DNA from: a virus
UHGV virus genome: UHGV-0377591
Length of the DNA stretch: 44,209 nt
Strand: one strand, 5' to 3'
The notes beneath the pieces are model-generated. The model was not told the origin of the DNA and did not search any database. It was given only the letters and a program-made list of their open reading frames with translations. A program made the translations under genes and the position numbers. Shown piece after piece: positions 1-8,032 of this stretch (position 1 is the stretch's first letter; every line of letters starts with the position of its first letter).

Positions 1-2
1 AA

Positions 3-44
3 CCGAATGAAATGCTGGTAGTGACAGAAGAGGATTTGGAATAG
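3..44 (+). CDS. 3' end of an ORF entering from the left edge (…PNEMLVVTEEDLE*); probably the wrapped end of the primase/helicase gene
   Basis: Open frame from the window edge to TAG at 42-44. Codon phase matches ORF 42013..44209 if position 44209 joins position 1. Confidence 0.4.
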   Translation, partial: PNEMLVVTEEDLE

Positions 45-46
45 GT

Positions 47-76
47 AAAAAAAAAGAAAGGGGCGTTAAGCCCCTT
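47..76 (-). terminator. Rho-independent terminator after the HTH gene (also closes the rightward ORF ending at 44)
   Basis: Stem GGGGC-GTTA-GCCCC at 60-74 preceded on the plus strand by A9 (47-55), which is a T-run on the minus strand. Confidence 0.7.
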
Positions 77-281
77 CACCGAACGCCAGCCACTTGGCGT
101 CTACTTGCAGCACTTCCGCCAGTTTAAACAGCGTCGCCGGGCGGACGTCCTGAGTTACCCCAAGTGCCAGTTGGTTAATCGCGCCCTGGGAAACGCCAGT
201 CAGGACAGCCAGACGGCGCTGGGAGATGCCGAGTTCTTTGCGGCGTTGTTCTACACGGATGCCTAGTTCAGATGGTTGCAT
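66..281 (-). CDS. XRE-family helix-turn-helix transcriptional regulator (Cro/CI-like), 71 aa
   Basis: ORF track; HTH signature ELGISQRRLAVLTGVSQGAINQL; GGAG ribosome-binding site upstream; diverges from the early operon. Confidence 0.8.
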   Translation of the reverse strand: MQPSELGIRVEQRRKELGISQRRLAVLTGVSQGAINQLALGVTQDVRPATLFKLAEVLQVDAKWLAFGEGA

Positions 282-311
282 GTCAATTACTCCTTAGTCA
301 GTTGATATGTG

Positions 312-325
312 AATAGTACCATATT
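312..325 (-). promoter_or_regulatory. Imperfect operator palindrome AATAG-TACC-ATATT upstream of the HTH gene
   Basis: Minus-strand reading gives TACTATTCACAT about 30 nt upstream of the HTH start, the same core as the class II promoters below; no good -35. Confidence 0.4.
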
Positions 326-345
326 AATTATTTTAGAAAAGCCCA

Positions 346-374
346 TTGACATGTGAATAGTTCGCTATTATAGT
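346..374 (+). promoter_or_regulatory. Early sigma70-like promoter (class I) with operator palindrome in the spacer
   Basis: TTGACA (346-351), 17-bp spacer, TATAGT (369-374); AATAG-TTCG-CTATT at 356-369 lies inside the spacer. Confidence 0.6.
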
Positions 375-405
375 TAGTCCATACAAAACGAGAGGAGAGA
401 AACAA

Positions 406-903
406 ATGTTAGAACAATTTCTGAAATTACTGGAACGTTTCGTAGTTGCACACGAACTGATTGCAGCGAACAGTGCAAAACAAGTTGTTCATGCCGACGC
501 GCCGCTGGAAGTAGAGACAGTAGTGTATACCAAAAAAGCGGCGGGCGAGTGTGCCGAAGAAGCAAAAGAAATCACGGTTGAAGGTGAAGACGTCGTTGAC
601 ACTAAACCTGCGGAGGAAGAGAAGCCGAAACGCAAGACGCGTAAAGCTAAAGCAGAGGAACCGACGCCAGAGCCGGAAGAAGAGAAAAAAGAAGTAGATT
701 ACCAATCTCTGCGTGACCAGATTCAGGCTATCGACGATGCAATTAACGAAGGCCCGAGCGATGCCGCGTGCGATGATTCGGATGAACTGCTAGAAGAGTT
801 CACTGGCAAGAAGATGAAGATTGCCGCGATTAAAGACGAAGACCTGGCCGAATACCTGGAACGCCTGACGGCAATCAAGAACAAGTATTTCGAAGAAGAA
901 TAA
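406..903 (+). CDS. Highly acidic early protein, 165 aa, function unknown (candidate DNA mimic)
   Basis: ORF track; strong ribosome-binding site GAGAGGAGAGA; very high Glu/Asp content with a central Lys-rich stretch; ends KYFEEE. Confidence 0.7.
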   Translation: MLEQFLKLLERFVVAHELIAANSAKQVVHADAPLEVETVVYTKKAAGECAEEAKEITVEGEDVVDTKPAEEEKPKRKTRKAKAEEPTPEPEEEKKEVDYQSLRDQIQAIDDAINEGPSDAACDDSDELLEEFTGKKMKIAAIKDEDLAEYLERLTAIKNKYFEEE

Positions 904-910
904 CTATCTC

Positions 911-930
911 GCGGCCTTCGGGCCGCTTTA
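911..930 (+). terminator. Hairpin terminator or attenuator
   Basis: GCGGCC-TTCG-GGCCGC followed by TTTA; short T-run. Confidence 0.45.
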
Positions 931-946
931 ACTGAGGGTCGTAATT

Positions 947-1219
947 ATGATTTACCAACTCTACCGCGCCGTTGACTGGCGGGATAACGCAGAGGCGCTA
1001 TGGCTGTTGCGCGCTCCGTCCGGCGCACACCAGATGGAAGAGATGGCGTACTTAGGCAAAGTACCGCGGCCTAAAGACATAGGCCGTCACGTGTCGCAGA
1101 TTAAGCGCACGACTTTTGCCAAGCCTGACTTTTATGTCTTCGAGTCGATGTATGGGTGGGTCATGCATTGCCATCACCAGACACGGCATTTGATTGACCA
1201 GTGGGAGAACAGGGTATGA
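947..1219 (+). CDS. Hypothetical protein, 90 aa
   Basis: ORF track; stop overlaps the next start (ATGA at 1216-1219). Confidence 0.6.
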   Translation: MIYQLYRAVDWRDNAEALWLLRAPSGAHQMEEMAYLGKVPRPKDIGRHVSQIKRTTFAKPDFYVFESMYGWVMHCHHQTRHLIDQWENRV

Positions 1220-2457
1220 TTCTAAAAGAACGTGGCGGCAATAACGATGTGCACGCCTTACTGTCACCGTCAGGCGCTAAAAAGTGGCTAAGCTGCGCCG
1301 CATCGCTGGCCTGTGAAAAAGATATTCCTAACACATCTGGTAAAGACGCCGTTACAGGGACCGCGTGTCACACCATAGCCGAGGTCCATTTAAATCAGTA
1401 CATCAAAGGCACTGCGTTGCCGTTAGAGCGTGAAGTCGGTGCTTACGTGCTGGATGAAGGCAAAGGCCAGATTAAGGCGTTAATCAGCCCTATGAAAGGT
1501 GCGGTACTTATTACGGCGGACATGATTGAGCAGGTGCGTAAGTACACCGACTACTGCAAACCGATTATCGACGTAGCGACTTACGCCAAGCTGGAAATGC
1601 GCGTCAATCTTACAGAGGTGCTGCATCCGGGATATGAAGGCGTTGAGACGTTCGGGACCGCTGACCTTGTTGCCGTGCAGGAACTGGCGAACACCGACGA
1701 GCACATGCTCATTATTGGAGACCTTAAAACAGGACGGCACCGTGTTGAAGCGAAAGAAAACAAGCAGCTTATGCTTTATGCTCTCGGTGTTTATCGCCGA
1801 CTCAAGAGACGATATAACATCACAGTTGTTCGTCTGGTCATCTTCCAGCCGTACGCTGGGGGCGCGTCGGAGTGGGACATCTCGGTTGAAGGTCTGGAAC
1901 TGTTCGCTAAGTTCGCACGGAAACGTGCACTGTTAGCATTAGATGCGTATTTCCGTGGTAAAAAGAACCTTAAAGCGTCGGACTTCAAGCCGTCAGTAGA
2001 TGGTTGCCAGTGGTGTCGGTTCTCTGAACAGTGCGCCGCGCGTACAAAAACCGTTAACTCTGTACTGGCGGAAGAACTGGAAGATGACTTTGCGCCGGAG
2101 CTTACGCCGGAGCAACTCGTAACCGAGTATGAGAAGTTGCCGTTGTTGCGTCAACACATCGACAAGGTTGAGAAAGCTATGGCTGCCGCGTTGCATTCCG
2201 GTAAGAAAGTTCCGGGGTACAAGCTGGTCGAGGGTCGTCCTGGTAATCGTGCGTGGAAAGATGCAGAGAAAGTAGCAGAACTCTACGGCGACAAGCTGAC
2301 TAAAGAAGTGCTCATGACGCCGACAGAAGCTGTTAAAGTTATCCCGGAAGAAGAACTGAAAGACTTCATTACCCGTAAGCCGGGAGCGCCATGCGTCGCC
2401 GCGGCAGACGATAAACGGCCTGAGTGGGACAGTGTAACAGAGGAGGATTTAGAATGA
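1216..2457 (+). CDS. PD-(D/E)xK Cas4/RecB-like exonuclease with Fe-S cysteine cluster (DUF2800-type)
   Basis: Start moved to ATG 1216 (GGAG upstream). Motifs IGDLKTGR and QLMLYALG; C-terminal CQWCRFSEQC plus N-terminal Cys; ends VTEEDLE. Confidence 0.75.
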   Translation: MILKERGGNNDVHALLSPSGAKKWLSCAASLACEKDIPNTSGKDAVTGTACHTIAEVHLNQYIKGTALPLEREVGAYVLDEGKGQIKALISPMKGAVLITADMIEQVRKYTDYCKPIIDVATYAKLEMRVNLTEVLHPGYEGVETFGTADLVAVQELANTDEHMLIIGDLKTGRHRVEAKENKQLMLYALGVYRRLKRRYNITVVRLVIFQPYAGGASEWDISVEGLELFAKFARKRALLALDAYFRGKKNLKASDFKPSVDGCQWCRFSEQCAARTKTVNSVLAEELEDDFAPELTPEQLVTEYEKLPLLRQHIDKVEKAMAAALHSGKKVPGYKLVEGRPGNRAWKDAEKVAELYGDKLTKEVLMTPTEAVKVIPEEELKDFITRKPGAPCVAAADDKRPEWDSVTEEDLE

Positions 2458-2954
2458 GTTTAGTCCGGGAGCGTTTCATTTATGACAACGGGAAACTAAT
2501 CTATCGCCACAATACAAAAAGAATGTTAGCGGGTCATGAGGCAGGAAGCCTCCACCATTCAGGGTATGTGCAGATATACATTAATCGTAAGTCCTACCAA
2601 AGAAGCCGTTTAATATGGGAGTACCACAACGGCCCTATACCTGAAGGGTTTGAGGTGGACCATATAAATGCGATAAGAAATGATGACAGGATAGAGAATC
2701 TCCAGTTAATCGCCCATAGTGATAATGTGGCTAAAGGTGGTATTCAAACCGGAAGAAGTCATAACAAAAGTGGGTACACTGGCGTGTTTTGGCGCAAAAG
2801 CCACGGTAAATGGCAAGCTGGAATTACCGTAAACGGGCAATATCGTTACCTTGGACTATTCGAAACTCCTGAACATGCTAACGTGGCAAGAAAGAATTTT
2901 GAAAGTAATTTGCTAAAAGAAGTTGACTACCGAATAGCGAACTATTATAGTTAA
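2454..2954 (+). CDS. HNH homing endonuclease with AP2-like DNA-binding domain
   Basis: Start moved to ATG 2454 (AGGAGG upstream, ATGA overlap). HNH core EVDHIN…NDDRIENLQL; AP2-like GYTGVFWRKSHGKWQAGITVNGQYRYLGLFETPEHA. Confidence 0.8.
   Translation: MSLVRERFIYDNGKLIYRHNTKRMLAGHEAGSLHHSGYVQIYINRKSYQRSRLIWEYHNGPIPEGFEVDHINAIRNDDRIENLQLIAHSDNVAKGGIQTGRSHNKSGYTGVFWRKSHGKWQAGITVNGQYRYLGLFETPEHANVARKNFESNLLKEVDYRIANYYS
2923..2951 (+). promoter_or_regulatory. Early sigma70-like promoter (class I) embedded in the 3' end of the HNH gene
   Basis: TTGACT (2923-2928), 17-bp spacer, TATAGT (2946-2951); AATAG-CGAA-CTATT at 2933-2946. Confidence 0.55.
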
Positions 2955-2980
2955 ATCACTGGCCGGGCAGTTCCCGGAGT

Positions 2981-3015
2981 AAACTTAAAATCTAAACTTA
3001 AAATCTAAACTTAAT
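2981..3015 (+). repeat. 13-bp tandem direct repeat AAACTTAAAATCT, about 2.7 copies
   Basis: Two exact units at 2981-2993 and 2994-3006 plus a partial third; sits between the promoter and the SSB-like gene. Confidence 0.8.
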
Positions 3016-3027
3016 GAGGGCTGAACT

Positions 3028-3654
3028 GTGGGACTGAAATTAAATCTGCGTAAAGTAAACACTGCATGGGTTAACGTATTCGAACGCGAAAAAGACCGTG
3101 AAAACGATGATGGCTCAATCACTAAAGGCCAGTACAGCGCAACGATTATCCTGCCGTCTGACCATGCTCAAATCGATGCGCTCTACGACACCGTTTACGC
3201 GGTAGTTGAAGAAGCATTGGGCGCCGCCGCTGCCGAGAAGTGGATGAAATCCAACTACGGCGAAGGTAAGCACATGGATAAATGCGCGATTAAAGACATT
3301 GCCGAGCGCGACAATCCGTTTGAAGACTTCCCGGAAGGATTCTACTTCAAAGCGAAGGCGCAGAAACAGCCACTAATTGTAACCTCTAAAAAAGGTGAGA
3401 CACAGGTAGAGCAGGACTTCAATGCAGACGGCGAGCAGATTGAAGGTGAACAGGTTTACAGCGGCTGTGTTGCCAACGTAAGCGTTGAAATCTGGTTCAG
3501 CCAGAAATACAAAGTTCTCGGTGTTAACCTGCTGGCGATTAAATACGTCGGTGAAGGTAAGGCGTTCGGGGGTTCTAAAGTAGCCGCCAGCGTCGACGAC
3601 CTGGAAGACGACGAAGAGGGTGAAGCACCGCGCCGCGAACGTCGCCGCCGCTAA
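3028..3654 (+). CDS. Putative single-strand DNA-binding protein (DUF2815-like), 208 aa
   Basis: ORF track (GTG start after GAGGG). Sits between the Cas4-like exonuclease and the DNA polymerase; acidic C-terminal region DDLEDDEEGE. Function assigned from context and memory only. Confidence 0.5.
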   Translation: MGLKLNLRKVNTAWVNVFEREKDRENDDGSITKGQYSATIILPSDHAQIDALYDTVYAVVEEALGAAAAEKWMKSNYGEGKHMDKCAIKDIAERDNPFEDFPEGFYFKAKAQKQPLIVTSKKGETQVEQDFNADGEQIEGEQVYSGCVANVSVEIWFSQKYKVLGVNLLAIKYVGEGKAFGGSKVAASVDDLEDDEEGEAPRRERRRR

Positions 3655-3673
3655 TATCTGAATCAATTTAACT

Positions 3674-3697
3674 AAGGCCCTTCATTGGGCCTTTTTA
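3674..3697 (+). terminator. Hairpin terminator or attenuator ahead of the DNA polymerase gene
   Basis: AGGCCC-TTCATT-GGGCCT followed by TTTTT. Confidence 0.6.
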
Positions 3698-3715
3698 CTA
3701 AGGGTCGAAAATAAT

Positions 3716-5890
3716 ATGCAAGACTTACTGTTTAAAGATACTGAAACTTTTAGCGAAGCCGATTTGAAAAAGGTTGGGGCTTACCGGTACTCGGAAGACC
3801 CATCAACAGAGATTATTCTCGCCACTTACGCGTTTAACGATGAACCAGTGGAGGTTTACGACCCTACAAAAGGCCGAAATATACCTAGAGAACTGCGACG
3901 TTGCCTTGCTGGCCTTGAAAAGCCGAATTACGGGTTGAAACTTGTTGGTCACAATTTCCTTCAATTTGACAGACTCGTCATAGAGCGCTGCTGGGGTTAC
4001 AAAATTCACCCAACTAACATCATTGATACGATGCTTCTTGCGTTTCGACACGCGCTGCCCGGGTCACTGGCGGCGTTGTGTGAAGTACTTGGGGTGTCAG
4101 CAGAAAATGCGAAGGATAAACGCGGCAAGGCTCTGATTCAGCGTTTTTCTAAACCGACGCCGAAGAACTACAAAATACGTCGCTACACCGCGGATACACA
4201 CCCGGAAGAGTGGGCCTGGTTTATTAAGTACGGTATTAGCGACATTACATCGATGCGTGAAGTCTTCCATAAGCTGCCGCGTTGGGGTAACTCAGAGTTC
4301 GAGGACCGGGTACTGGAACTGGACCAATTAATCAACGACCGCGGGTTTAAGGTTGACGTCGCACTGGCGGAAGCCGCGATTGAAGCCGTGGAGAAGCACA
4401 AAGCGCAGTTACAGGAAGAAGCCCAGCGCAAATACGGCGGCTCGCTTACTGGTAAAGACTTCCTTCCTATTCTGCGTGAACTGGCCCCTGCGCATCGCAT
4501 CCATAACGCACAGAAGTCTACTCTTAACGACCTGCTGGCTGACGAGGATTTACCCGACGATGCACGCATGATTATCGAAATGCGCCTCGGGGCCGCGTCA
4601 ACTGCGTCAACGAAATATAACCCGCTGTTGCTAGGCCGCTCGTCTGACGACCGCCGTCGTGGTTGCATCCAGTACGGCGGAGCTAAGCGTACATTACGAT
4701 TTGCCGGTAAAGGCTTCCAGCCGCAGAACCTGGCGCGCGGGTATTATCATGATGAGGAACTGGATAAAGGCATTTCAGCGTTACTTAAGGGGCGGGCGCA
4801 CCGACGATTCGATGTCGCTAAATTAACGGCATCGACGGTGCGTAGCTGCATTATACCGGAAGCTGGGCATAAGTTTGTCGTTGCCGATTACTCTAACGTC
4901 GAAGGTCGTGGGTTGGCGTGGCTGGCTGGCGAAGACGATTTAATAGAAGTATTTGTAAACGGGGTTGATGTGTATAAGAAACTCGCATCAACCGTGTTCA
5001 ACGTGGCGTATGAAGACGTAACAAAGGACCAAAGACAAATAGCCAAAGCAATGGTTCTGGGCCTCGGCTACGCGGGGGGTGTCGGTGCTTTCGTCACGTT
5101 TGCTAAAAACTTAGGTCTTGATTTGAATGATATGACACGCACTTTAGACGGAACTTTCCCGGACCATATTTGGGCCGCTACCGCACGCGGTTACGAGTGG
5201 GCGCGTATCCAGGAAGCAAAGCGACCGCCGCATCCTGGTGAGAAGGATGACCGACCATCGTATATTCTTGATAAGAAAGTGTGGCGTACCTGTGATGCGT
5301 TAAAACGTATGTATCGGGAAGCTAATCCTGCAATAGTCCAATTCTGGCGAGATATTGAAGACGCGGCAATGGCAGCTATCCGCAATCCAGGTAAAGAGTT
5401 CACCGCAGGCCCGCGCGGCGTTAAGTTTTCGCGTAACGTAGAAACAGACAACAACGGCAACAAGGTCGCCGGTTGGTGGTTGCGTATGACGTTGCCGTCG
5501 GGCCGCGTTATGTCTTACCCTGGCGTCGGGTTAAGCGTGTCGAAAGAGACAGACGAAGACGGAAAGGTGTCTACTAACGTGCGCATCAAGTACCAGGGCG
5601 AAAACCAGTTAACCCGTCAGTGGGGCTTCCAGTACACCTACTCCGGTAAACTGGTGGAAAACTGCACGCAGGCGCTGTGCCGCGATTTGCTGGCTAATGC
5701 GCTGCTGAACGTTGAAGCAAACGGCTATCCAATTGTACTTCATGTTCACGATGAGATTATCTGCGAGACCCCAGATTTACCGGAATACAATGTAGCTGAA
5801 CTGGAACGATTGATGTGCGAATTACCGAAGTGGGCAGAGGGTTTCCCTCTTGTAGCGGAAGGTGCGGAGATGAAGCGTTATGCTAAGTAA
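3716..5890 (+). CDS. Family A (Pol I-like) DNA polymerase with 3'-5' exonuclease domain, 724 aa
   Basis: Exo I motif DTETFS near the N-terminus; polymerase motif C HVHDEIICE near the C-terminus. Confidence 0.9.
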   Translation: MQDLLFKDTETFSEADLKKVGAYRYSEDPSTEIILATYAFNDEPVEVYDPTKGRNIPRELRRCLAGLEKPNYGLKLVGHNFLQFDRLVIERCWGYKIHPTNIIDTMLLAFRHALPGSLAALCEVLGVSAENAKDKRGKALIQRFSKPTPKNYKIRRYTADTHPEEWAWFIKYGISDITSMREVFHKLPRWGNSEFEDRVLELDQLINDRGFKVDVALAEAAIEAVEKHKAQLQEEAQRKYGGSLTGKDFLPILRELAPAHRIHNAQKSTLNDLLADEDLPDDARMIIEMRLGAASTASTKYNPLLLGRSSDDRRRGCIQYGGAKRTLRFAGKGFQPQNLARGYYHDEELDKGISALLKGRAHRRFDVAKLTASTVRSCIIPEAGHKFVVADYSNVEGRGLAWLAGEDDLIEVFVNGVDVYKKLASTVFNVAYEDVTKDQRQIAKAMVLGLGYAGGVGAFVTFAKNLGLDLNDMTRTLDGTFPDHIWAATARGYEWARIQEAKRPPHPGEKDDRPSYILDKKVWRTCDALKRMYREANPAIVQFWRDIEDAAMAAIRNPGKEFTAGPRGVKFSRNVETDNNGNKVAGWWLRMTLPSGRVMSYPGVGLSVSKETDEDGKVSTNVRIKYQGENQLTRQWGFQYTYSGKLVENCTQALCRDLLANALLNVEANGYPIVLHVHDEIICETPDLPEYNVAELERLMCELPKWAEGFPLVAEGAEMKRYAK

Positions 5891-6011
5891 ATTAATTATC
5901 GCAGTACTGGCGGGATTCGCCGCAGGTGTCTACTGTCACGAGGGTCAATACGGATTGATGGTCGCTGTATTGGGTATGTTTATTGCAATTTATCTGTGGG
6001 TGTTGGAATGA
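5880..6011 (+). CDS. Small membrane protein, 43 aa (not in the ORF track)
   Basis: Manual translation MLSKLIIAVLAGFAAGVYCHEGQYGLMVAVLGMFIAIYLWVLE; two hydrophobic segments; overlaps the polymerase stop. Confidence 0.35.
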   Translation: MLSKLIIAVLAGFAAGVYCHEGQYGLMVAVLGMFIAIYLWVLE

Positions 6012-6106
6012 AAATTTACTGGTTATACGAGGAAGACTGTCGAATCTGTCCGCGCTGCGGGATTGAGCATACGAAACGTGAGGGGTGCGTAGATGAGTAC
6101 GCCTGA
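6008..6106 (+). CDS. Small four-cysteine zinc-ribbon-like protein, 32 aa (not in the ORF track)
   Basis: Manual translation MKIYWLYEEDCRICPRCGIEHTKREGCVDEYA; overlaps both neighbours. Confidence 0.3.
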   Translation: MKIYWLYEEDCRICPRCGIEHTKREGCVDEYA

Positions 6107-6380
6107 GGGGCGCGTGCAGAAATACGCAAAAGACCGATTCGAGGCCATCGGTGGCCTCGTACGCAAATTGTCGTACGAAAATAGAGTGGGTGCCCCTGAC
6201 CTGCTGGTAATTCTCCCCGGCGGCATTGTCTGGTTTATCGAGGTTAAGAAAGACGAAAACACGAAGCCAGACCCGCACCAGCTACGTGAACACGAGCGGA
6301 TGCGTAAACGCGGCGCGAATGTTTTTGTCGTTGGTTCGATAAAACAGGTTGACGACCTAATAGCGAACTATTATAGTTAG
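6093..6380 (+). CDS. VRR-NUC family PD-(D/E)xK nuclease, 95 aa
   Basis: Motifs GAPDLLVI and FIEVKKDEN; C-terminus IANYYS is encoded by the promoter/operator element. Confidence 0.75.
   Translation: MSTPEGRVQKYAKDRFEAIGGLVRKLSYENRVGAPDLLVILPGGIVWFIEVKKDENTKPDPHQLREHERMRKRGANVFVVGSIKQVDDLIANYYS
6349..6377 (+). promoter_or_regulatory. Early sigma70-like promoter (class I) embedded in the 3' end of the VRR-NUC gene
   Basis: TTGACG (6349-6354), 17-bp spacer, TATAGT (6372-6377); AATAG-CGAA-CTATT at 6359-6372. Confidence 0.55.
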
Positions 6381-6410
6381 TCACACACCAACAATATAAG
6401 GAATTGAGAA

Positions 6411-6605
6411 ATGAAACACGAATATGACCGCAAACCAGCACGTGACATCGTACCTGGCGATATGATTTTCAACGTTAAGACCCGTCGTCCTGTTGCCGTT
6501 GATACGGTGTTCGTCGAGTCGAACGGTAAACTGGTTATCGAAGACGTAACGGGTAATGTTACGGCGTTTGGGCGGAAGGAATTGGTACTCTACGTTAAGG
6601 GTTGA
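6411..6605 (+). CDS. Hypothetical protein, 64 aa
   Basis: ORF track; ribosome-binding site AAGGAATTGAGAA upstream. Confidence 0.6.
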   Translation: MKHEYDRKPARDIVPGDMIFNVKTRRPVAVDTVFVESNGKLVIEDVTGNVTAFGRKELVLYVKG

Positions 6606-6607
6606 TT

Positions 6608-8032
6608 ATGTCTAAATTTATCCGTCGAGAGTACCAGAAGCTCATGACTTCGTTCATGCTGCAACACCCGCGCTGTAATATTTGGGCCTCGATGGGCGCG
6701 GGCAAAAGTTCCGCAACGATGTGGGTTCTAAACCGCCTGTTCCGCAACGGGCAGCTTACGGAAGAGGACCGCGTGTTAATCCTCGCCCCGTTACGTGTTG
6801 CATCCGGTACGTGGCCCGCAGAACAAACTAAGTGGGGTTTCCCTTGTCTGAGTGTCGTCGATGCGACCGGTAGCGAGAGGCGTCGCATCGCGGCGCTGGA
6901 GTCGGACGCTAACGTGGTATGCACCAACTACGAAGTTATCGAGTGGCTGATTGACTACTACGGCAAAGACGACTGGCCTTTTACGGTTATCGTTGCCGAT
7001 GAGAGCACGAAACTGAAATCATTCCGCAGTCGTTCAGGCGGCAGCAAGCGGGCAAAGGCGCTTAGCAAGGTTGCGTTCGGTAAGGTCAAGCGTTTTATAA
7101 ACCTGACGGGAACGCCATCACCTAACGGCCTCAAAGACTTGTGGGGCCAGAACTGGTTTATCGACGCGGGCGAGCGCCTCGGCTCATCGTACACGGCATT
7201 CACCGACCGCTGGTTCAACTCGGTACAGAAAGGCAAATCGGCTATGGCGCGCGAATACCACGCTCGCCCTGGTGCGGATAATGAAATTCACCAGAATATG
7301 AAAGACATCAGCCTGACGATTGACGCCGCCGAGTGGTTTGGTTGTGAAGCACCTATTATCGTGCCGATGGAAATTGACCTGCCGAAGAAAGCGCGTCAGG
7401 CGTACATAGATATGGAGGAGAAGCTATTCGCAGAACTGGAAAGTGGGGAAGTTGAAGCGGCTAACGCCGCGGCGAAGACGTCGAAGTGCTTGCAGATTGC
7501 ATCTGGTGCCGTATATGTGTCAGGGCCGGACGGAGAAGCAACGAAAGACTGGGAGAAAGTGCACGACACGAAACTGGATGCGCTTGAGTCAATTGTTGAG
7601 GAGTTACAAGGTGCGCCGTTGCTGGTGGCCTATCAGTTCAAGCACGAACTGGAGCGCATCCTTAAGAGATTCCCACAAGCCCAGGCGTTCGCCAAAGGCG
7701 CGAATGGCAATAAGCAGATGGAAGCGTGGAACCGTGGTGAAATCGAAATCCTATGCGTGCACCCTGCGTCAGCCGGGCATGGTCTCAATTTACAGGACGG
7801 TGGCCATCATCTGGCGTTTATTTCGCAAGGGTGGAACCTTGAGCACTATTTGCAGGTTGTTGAGCGTATAGGTCCAGTCCGACAAAAACAGGCGGGCCAC
7901 GAACGACCGGTATTTCTCTACCACATCGTTGCTAAAGACACGCTGGATGAGGTTGTTGCCGCGCGTACAGACGAGAAGAAATCGGTCCAGGAAGAGTTGC
8001 TTAATTACATGAAGAGACGAGGTAAGAAATGA
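6608..8032 (+). CDS. SF2 (SNF2/DEAD-like) DNA helicase
   Basis: Start moved to ATG 6608 (AAGGG upstream). Walker A SMGAGKSS; motif II VIVADESTKLKS. Confidence 0.8.
   Translation: MSKFIRREYQKLMTSFMLQHPRCNIWASMGAGKSSATMWVLNRLFRNGQLTEEDRVLILAPLRVASGTWPAEQTKWGFPCLSVVDATGSERRRIAALESDANVVCTNYEVIEWLIDYYGKDDWPFTVIVADESTKLKSFRSRSGGSKRAKALSKVAFGKVKRFINLTGTPSPNGLKDLWGQNWFIDAGERLGSSYTAFTDRWFNSVQKGKSAMAREYHARPGADNEIHQNMKDISLTIDAAEWFGCEAPIIVPMEIDLPKKARQAYIDMEEKLFAELESGEVEAANAAAKTSKCLQIASGAVYVSGPDGEATKDWEKVHDTKLDALESIVEELQGAPLLVAYQFKHELERILKRFPQAQAFAKGANGNKQMEAWNRGEIEILCVHPASAGHGLNLQDGGHHLAFISQGWNLEHYLQVVERIGPVRQKQAGHERPVFLYHIVAKDTLDEVVAARTDEKKSVQEELLNYMKRRGKK

Noticed and set aside
427-705. 92-aa minus-strand ORF inside the acidic protein gene
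   Set aside because: Shadow of the Glu/Lys-rich plus-strand gene (Phe/Leu-rich mirror composition); the plus-strand ORF has the strong ribosome-binding site.
2946-2951. TATAGT boxes as phage-RNA-polymerase promoters
   Set aside because: They sit exactly 17 bp downstream of TTGACN hexamers, the sigma70 architecture, and no phage RNA polymerase gene is present.
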